Positions 61,001 through 64,000 of a DNA stretch of 64,000 nucleotides are shown one piece after another. Origin of the DNA: a virus; IMG/VR virus record IMGVR_UViG_3300005842_000010, positions 9,974-73,973 of that record. One strand, given 5' to 3'. A model generated the notes under the pieces. That model worked only from the letters and a program-made list of their open reading frames with translations. It did no database searches and was not told the origin of the DNA. Position 1 is the stretch's first letter, and every line of letters begins with the position of its first letter. Position numbers and translations under genes: made by a program.

Positions 61001-64000
61001 TTTGGCGAACACAGCCAGTCCGCCAATGCCAGCACTCGGCTCAAGCACTACATCACCTGGCCCGATGTTGGCCACCCAGGCAACGGTGAAGCCCAACGGT
61101 GGAGGCGTGGAGAATTGCTGTAGCTGGTCTTGCTCGACGTCGCGCTTGGTATGGGTTGGGAGTCTCGAAACCAATCCCTTTAGTCCGTTGATGGCATTGA
61201 TCGCATTCGGGACTTGGATCCTCGGATCGTAGCTTTGAGGGTGACGCCAGATGTATAGGTTAACTCCCATCTCCATCGCGTCGTATGCGTCTTTGGCTGT
61301 GTATCCACCCTCCGCCTGGCTCTTTCCGTAAGCGGCATCAGCAATCCTGAAAAGCTCGTCCGATTTGAATGGCTCGTTTGTCGCGATCTTTCCAGCCACC
61401 CATGTTGCTATTGCTTCTTGAGGGCGCGCGAATGCTGGCGGTGTTTCTTTAGGAGCCGCTCCTTCTCCAGATACTTCTCCCTGAGCACCCGCAACCGCTC
61501 CTTCTGTTCCGGGCTTAACTTCCGTCCCTGTTGTCGCTGGTTCGGTTTTGGCATGTTTGGGGGCCTCGAAAGAAGTCTTACCTTGTTCAATGGATTGCTT
61601 GGCCAGATCGACAACCTGATTTCGGTACGCCTGGGACGCTTTCATCGTCTCCGCCTGATTGGCAAATCCGAAAGCATCTGCGACACGCTTCAGGTCTTGA
61701 GTTAAAGCCTTGGCGGCATCCGGTCCTTTTCCTTGCAGCTTTCCGAATCGTGAGTGTAGCGCAAACAGGTCGGTGTGAACCTTATCAGGGAATACCACCT
61801 GAATACCCTCATCTTGAATTTGGATTCTTCGAATGCGCTCCGGTGTTGGCTTGCTCACCGTTTCAAAATCCGTTCCAGTCCTGTCGCCGATTGAGATAGC
61901 CGTACCGCCTTCTTTGGTCGGAATCAATCCAACCGGCTCACTAACGCGGATCCCTTTCTCGGTATAGGACCGCACGCCACGCTCATCCTCGAACACTGGA
62001 TTACCGCTCGCGTTTACTCCGATCTCTTTCCATTTGGTTTCCGTTTTTGTGGTCTTTTCGGGTTTAGTTGCCTGCCTCTTCGCGATCACCTCCGCCTCCG
62101 GTTCAATCCCAATCGTGTCACCCGGGCTCGCGACCTTCGTTGCCGCATCGAGGACCTTTGGTAGATTCGGCTCATCCGTCAGCACGCCATGCTTCTCAGT
62201 ACCGTCCGGCGCGCGCACGACCACCGCGCCGATCTCTGTGCCTGGTGCGGGCTTGGCCGGGATGCCGTAGCCGAGCAGTTCGCCGATGGTGCCTTTCTCA
62301 ACCGCCATCTTAATGCGGCTGGGCGTAATCACTTTCGGGTTGTAGATGAACGTGCCATTACCAGGGACGGGCAGCTTCTTGAGTCCGAACACAGCCGGGA
62401 TTTCGGGAACAACCTCGCCCTCGGTTATTTGAACCACATTGCGTTTGCCCTCATTGATCATCGCGATCTGCGCCGCGATGGTCTCGGGCTTCTCGGGGAT
62501 TGTGGCGGTTGAGGCATCGTAAATAACTTTTCCGCTCCCATCGTAAACCTTCGCAATATCCTCAAGTCCGAGCTTACCCTGTCTTCGTTTATCTCCAGGG
62601 TCATCCGTTATCGTGCCAACCTTATCCATCGTCGTTGGCTTATACTCAATGAGAACGGATTTTTCTTTTCCCTCTCTTCGGGAATAAGCCTCTGCGCTTT
62701 GGCGATCGAGAGTTGCCCATGTTAATCCATGTGAAGAAAACTCAGATTGGGGAGTCTCACCACGCTGGATCGCTTCCCATTGGCTCAGTGTTGTTCCGCG
62801 AAATAAGGTTGGCGCTACCGGAGCGACCGCCGCCGTTTCGACTTGTGCGGACGGAGTGACCTCGGGCGGTTTCCCCGCTGGACTCGGAATGCGATCGCCA
62901 GGTTTTGCTTGTTCGACCGTTTTCCCGACCGGGACAGTTCCCGAAGGTTGGCCTCGAACGCGGCCCGACTCGACGATTGGATTAGCGGCATAATTTTCCT
63001 CCAGTGCTTTGTTGATTCTACCGACGTCCACGGACGTCTTTTCGGTTGACGGCTCGAATCCGAGATAATTCCTCCAAAACTCGCTGGCGATGATCGGTTC
63101 CTCGGTGGTGCGAGTCATGCCCCTGCGGTAAGGTTGGTTGCTTTGGAGTTCTTTATCGATGAAATCGATCAGCGCATGTTCCTGGGGTGTTGCGGTTGGT
63201 GCTTCTGGCGGGCGCCCAGCATCTTTCGCGGCCTGCGCCTCGGTGACGTCCTGATTCACGCGAGATTTGATCTCCCGCAGATCCTCAGCGCTAAAGTCCT
63301 CCGTGATGCGCTTCGTTAGCAGGCTGCGCACCAGTGGAGATTCCTTCACGATGCCCGGGCCTGCGCCATGCTTTAGCGCCTTCACCCCGAAGTAGGCACC
63401 GAGGCCGGCACCCACAAGAGCCTCGGTTGCCGTCGTCACGTCGCCCTGATCAACCGCTGTCACCAGCGTCTTGGCCTGCGCTGGAAGACTCAGCAGCATG
63501 TCCGCGCCGAACCCGAGCGAGATCAACCGCCCAGCCAACGGAATGCCCGATGCCGCGCCAGCACCGATAGCGAATGGAGGGATAGCCTCTGCAAGCCCAG
63601 CAACCGCATGCTGTGCTCCAGCAGCAACCTTTGCAGCAAATGGTGCTGCCGCGTCCTCTTCACTGGTGGACGTGCTTTGGAAGCTGCGACCGGTCTCGGG
63701 ATCGACCCCGGGCAGCAACGTCCGCACGTTACCGCTCGCAATGTCGCCAGGGGTGAGCCTCGGGAAGGCGCGATTCTTTGGTGTGATGGATTCGAGCTTC
63801 TGGCCGATGCTCAGTAGCCCGCGACGAACCGGGCCAAGGCCTCGGCTCAGCGTGGCCTCGCCCTCGCGCCTGGGCTCTGCTGGCTCTGGCAAGTCAGGTT
63901 GCGGGCCTGCCGGGTCGTAAACCTTGATCCCGCCCAGGTCCGATAAGTCTGCCGCAGCCACCTTCGTCCCGCCCAAATCTGACAAATCTAGCGATGGATC
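51983..64000 (-). CDS. Giant DarB-like polyvalent protein (N6-MTase, strawberry-notch helicase, HExxH domains), 5'-truncated
   Basis: At least 4000 aa; the frame stays open to the window edge. Motifs: LFRGT..WAT (ART-like, ~aa 394), LEPSAGIGGL and NPPF (~aa 1046), GDGTGVGKGR, MDESH, QGLGRSHRSNQ, HELSH (~2437) and HELTH (~2726). Confidence 0.92.
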   Translation of the reverse strand, partial: DPSLDLSDLGGTKVAAADLSDLGGIKVYDPAGPQPDLPEPAEPRREGEATLSRGLGPVRRGLLSIGQKLESITPKNRAFPRLTPGDIASGNVRTLLPGVDPETGRSFQSTSTSEEDAAAPFAAKVAAGAQHAVAGLAEAIPPFAIGAGAASGIPLAGRLISLGFGADMLLSLPAQAKTLVTAVDQGDVTTATEALVGAGLGAYFGVKALKHGAGPGIVKESPLVRSLLTKRITEDFSAEDLREIKSRVNQDVTEAQAAKDAGRPPEAPTATPQEHALIDFIDKELQSNQPYRRGMTRTTEEPIIASEFWRNYLGFEPSTEKTSVDVGRINKALEENYAANPIVESGRVRGQPSGTVPVGKTVEQAKPGDRIPSPAGKPPEVTPSAQVETAAVAPVAPTLFRGTTLSQWEAIQRGETPQSEFSSHGLTWATLDRQSAEAYSRREGKEKSVLIEYKPTTMDKVGTITDDPGDKRRQGKLGLEDIAKVYDGSGKVIYDASTATIPEKPETIAAQIAMINEGKRNVVQITEGEVVPEIPAVFGLKKLPVPGNGTFIYNPKVITPSRIKMAVEKGTIGELLGYGIPAKPAPGTEIGAVVVRAPDGTEKHGVLTDEPNLPKVLDAATKVASPGDTIGIEPEAEVIAKRQATKPEKTTKTETKWKEIGVNASGNPVFEDERGVRSYTEKGIRVSEPVGLIPTKEGGTAISIGDRTGTDFETVSKPTPERIRRIQIQDEGIQVVFPDKVHTDLFALHSRFGKLQGKGPDAAKALTQDLKRVADAFGFANQAETMKASQAYRNQVVDLAKQSIEQGKTSFEAPKHAKTEPATTGTEVKPGTEGAVAGAQGEVSGEGAAPKETPPAFARPQEAIATWVAGKIATNEPFKSDELFRIADAAYGKSQAEGGYTAKDAYDAMEMGVNLYIWRHPQSYDPRIQVPNAINAINGLKGLVSRLPTHTKRDVEQDQLQQFSTPPPLGFTVAWVANIGPGDVVLEPSAGIGGLAVFAKNTGAKVVVNELSDRRAKILEQMGFEPIYHENAEQLDNILPDSVRPTVVIMNPPFSVSATMKGKKSTEFATAHLEQALGRLQPGGRLVAIVGEGMAADRATFKAWWKMISSKYNVRANVHISGDEYKKYGTSFGNQIVIIDKPKAGELPPANQLNQSWQTASVKKIEDLIPLLEGIRNEREPTARSAEPAPIEPAGGEVTGGGEAAPGPEPAPPVPTSGVEAKPAKPAGGEPGTPRAVAGEPPSKAPATTVRVSAGTGPRVTGGTGPVSERLLEGKGSVPSGGQPAPSAEPARAGEGAVLGQDLSVEAAEEAKAKDMEVGAVFENYKPQINIKGAKDHPTALSQSAAMSSVPYPETKYKPSLPSTILTTGALSGPQFEAVMLAGAAHGRELPDGRRRGFFIGDGTGVGKGRTNSAIIWDNWNQGRKRHVWLTADGKLFFDAQRDMDGIGWTKDVLIRHGKIKLQTGPAGQKVDNPIPSVDGVLFSTYSLIRSEARMKQLVEWLGKDFDGVIIMDESHKMANAVETKGARGKKKASEQALMGIQLQAAFPKARKVYVSATGATEVSNLAYAEALGLWGEGTPFPNRDAFISEIGSKGMGAMEIVAKDLKAMGMYVSRNLSFDGVTYERLEHKLTDKQREMYDALAGAWQIVLRNMNAALGLTGADKNGQAKSAARSAFWGAHQRFFNQLLTSLQMPTLLSRTKSSIDAGHSVVVQLVNTNEAQMERALSKAGEEEETPDLETLDITPRESLIQYIDNAFPVDQYEEYTDDNGTTRSRPVVDSEGNRVQSKEAVAMREDLKDKLASIRVPMGALDELIETFGEKNVAEVTGRSRRVVTKDTPEGRKKVVENRNQQSNIADRTAFNDRKKRILGFSDAGGTGASYHADRNFKNQDTRDHIVAQPGWRADNAIQGLGRSHRSNQKQPPNFILISTDVPGHKRFVSTIARRIEQLGALTKGQRQTTSQGVFDARDNLESTYARESLRSFLRGMANNQFDEIKPADFSAQTGLELYNKDGQFIGENIQIGQFLNRLLSLNLDMQDKVFKRFSAQLDAVIEWHKTNGTLDAGMETLTAQSTKLAKDETLYTDPDTGAKTKLVALDQTHPTILTKWNPAWAEEKGVEFTVNKRSGVVWKLDPVRTRALSDGRTEEYRLGTNVKSTRAYMTTDQIESDKFEMVNAEKAEDIWRKAFDAAPKTYVSRVHLVTGTILPVWDRIPGISRIARAQEDTGKRHLGVLMPADYVPELEKNFGLEGKIDMTPAQAVDAVLEDAAVLNLSNGWKISRRYVSGEDRIEITGPDYTHQEELKRNGVLMERIAYQMRYFIPTGDNAEAVMAKVIRYKPIVEVLRKQGSLATEPPAELTESLPTYQARSHAELSALLPHMGLPEQTEKLMAAFLSEPVMALAPDIKLIVTDHLDGDFQGTTERGSGIQTIISIARSADPITGPHELSHGLLWPIMPEEMKVEFDRQRVATADVLIKEAQEAGKPETVTALTDIRDNPTVGGDDFLSRGYPLALRSMLYPISSAEEYFVHTMSNHYQKKVGSTVEGFWAKVKAIISQVIDAIKRALKLRPNQKEFLDNILEGRFEPANPISVAELERTNERYRQASIDDAGSAGKEEVPGAREPLLQPEDRRVVDKRRSAAVQLLSRLRPPSPQRGGPDQPIREVEPPGAGLNPSTDQQVAGNIREALEQILGVQIAFITSPGPGINGFVQKEIPGVLFVNAESKQPWLSVVGHELTHEIARSDPALYEELAAVLDPLQAGFIKYWTLMRSSYGRAKMELPDEALARENLNADLLGDSFIDPAFWNRLYEKEPSLFSRFARIVSDFFKRLVVGLRKYGAEQYFSDLRRAREALADAVLKFAKRQRDGTSTPGETKYSLSADEQKEEMDRMLDEAAEQHRIPTMVLGAEYYVLGREQLDPAAGHKLAKDILDSVGIPSTEQIVEQNGQEFPVWVMTPQGRDTTPDGEALLRRYKEELAKSEPGKARQDLGAIINSIRQNFEMPASKSAMAEMQPWIRVELWSAVQSDASARGLALRALMGVRDDAITSGRNIDAELGKIWSQALGGDAMRRVLDELEKARAEIERLRKAQGTAGGGARETQEEVDKLRKALEDALKKHAPTMRKRWGPGTRIGSKIIELIRGGEGKPWNVLREMARIEPGWKIPTDEQLQQVKRWADKLDEISKLTPEEAAGKTVEQQEEMLRLKSAGLADEQMRLRKEIETSLSRFMKPYTIRTRAGRENITSAIGDYISANFLAKPGFATRQFIDVVITQMTTYTPTSAIAHTLMLHEQAVAAGTRNRSDVGAVWKDLSVSIGAAYKARAKALRGALSAAGAVVTGANQGRNVAAIMQRVSIYDKMMQRADELDAKGEHAKAFLLKFATFHKIGYVIAQSLDQFQGVPLVHQEMHQQVVRAMRANGMTELEAEAKADFVVGDPKLEAVLATEMAKLFLEGAGKETTKRAVSHAAWRIAEAKAYERMRTIGMDADDYRNRNMFMLETNAWNEREEGGVGGTAASIMRDVSKLGRNISGAGIAGLPIGIGITAMTRFGNAIGIMLNRKLTWVGLGFKPGWFGVDERELGEDGIAKGGSPFYKYPEQRKQRKVEAGIGILGQIAMYLLVAAGFIIVRLAWPKDKEERQLWDRMGWKPGQVDIPTGDGKHIRLSLNVGWAAMFAPGLSAGAAIHDLGANEKKAQDKLNAEAEKLGIEPGKIRERSTGDYLAAAMSAAWRALTSGRTISGLLSAFSEQGTFHVEKSISSIASALSPYQPGIQEVLRMANGVVLDTRTASVWDYFMPLKSSGSAQVNFLGDPVGSGNAVQRVTEILTGGNNLVPINDKAREGAAAYQALFANGWRPPSIDPNRGYAIDGKFRPMTDKELQSYTVARGQYLKQELADLGPEATAKEAQSAYKRANKQALSDIGVDTPSRATAASGEARQGATQAGSAGVGGYGGSTRPRTFSPRSQALSGRRTLAPRRPRVGTGRRGPTLRVGRGLRLGAARVPRVRRGPGLLR
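55801..56214 (-). CDS. Candidate overprinted ORF in the +1 frame of a giant-gene linker
   Basis: 137 aa. The first ~75 aa look globular while the main frame is low-complexity. The SD is weak. Confidence 0.35.
   Translation of the reverse strand: MNDTDKPALTMLEVLERKKFPEPESHCYSLKIDGSWINVEAPPFSYSLDFALHLLSEEDLISLFEKSSRQARDLILVLTNRWLEISGKPLNRFWESRLLLSHLQGRELTDSCKKKSPESCSSTPNPNNHGLVSLATS
60091..60471 (-). CDS. Candidate overprinted helical protein in the +1 frame of the MTase-helicase linker
   Basis: 126-aa amphipathic helical ORF with AAGGA upstream of the ATG. It spans the P/A/G linker of the main frame. Confidence 0.55.
   Translation of the reverse strand: MNENQQLEALNQHPLNQQAAKLLAVAKQPPDPSQLHLFQLAEWRLNQPNPQVENPGRLEQWLGNLQAKPPQQQLECLLAPAPELPEEQDRLAKDFLKEKDPYQAGDSLLQVLNLHAQERVPYWDKT
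61408..61554 (-). CDS. Candidate overprinted small basic ORF in the +1 frame
   Basis: MPKPNQRQQGRKLSPEQKERLRVLREKYLEKERLLKK..., with GAGG upstream. Confidence 0.3.
   Translation of the reverse strand: MPKPNQRQQGRKLSPEQKERLRVLREKYLEKERLLKKHRQHSRALKKQ
62815..62991 (-). CDS. Overprinted small basic phage protein (MPLxxSxS..AF..N...K..KQ..AIA family)
   Basis: Manual translation MPLIQSSSRAAFEANLRELSRSGKRSNKQNLAIAFRVQRG... (58 aa), with GGAGG, 6 nt, ATG. Confidence 0.65.
   Translation of the reverse strand: MPLIQSSSRAAFEANLRELSRSGKRSNKQNLAIAFRVQRGNRPRSLRPHKSKRRRSLR

Noticed and set aside
1-64000. CRISPR array, IS element or rRNA
   Set aside because: I saw no regularly spaced repeats, transposase motifs or rRNA sequence.

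Overview
The window is a 64 kb segment of a tailed dsDNA phage (Caudoviricetes). It looks podovirus-like: no tape-measure or tail-tube gene is recognisable, and it encodes a giant, probably ejected, polyvalent protein. Minus strand 1-27.1 kb carries the morphogenesis and lysis genes: putative portal, scaffold and major capsid, fibre/adhesin proteins, lipoproteins, a holin-like gene and a papain-type peptidase. GroES and the large terminase are inverted within this block, and a Tad1-like anti-defence sponge lies at its end. Plus strand 27.2-52 kb carries recombination and replication genes (ERF, YqaJ exonuclease, SMC-like ATPase, minimal PolX, an initiator with iterons, DnaC), RusA, a Dam-type methylase, an initiator-like tRNA-Met, a long non-coding and probably structured region with a parS palindrome, a tyrosine recombinase and a glycosyltransferase/WcbI-like cluster. 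Nine HNH-type endonuclease genes are scattered across the window. Minus strand 52-64 kb is a 5'-truncated DarB-like protein of at least 4000 aa (methyltransferase, strawberry-notch helicase, HExxH domains). A Verrucomicrobiota-like host is an inference from the domain style of the secreted proteins. The most unusual observations are: a phage-encoded lysyl-oxidase-family protein with intact Cu/LTQ residues; several small genes overprinted in the +1 frame of the giant gene's linkers; a RusA fold apparently split across two overlapping frames with an A_AAA_AAG slippery site; a twin-arginine-leader mini-paralog of the capsid N-terminus; and signal-peptide-like leaders on many putative virion proteins. 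All family assignments come from motif recognition by eye; no database search was run.
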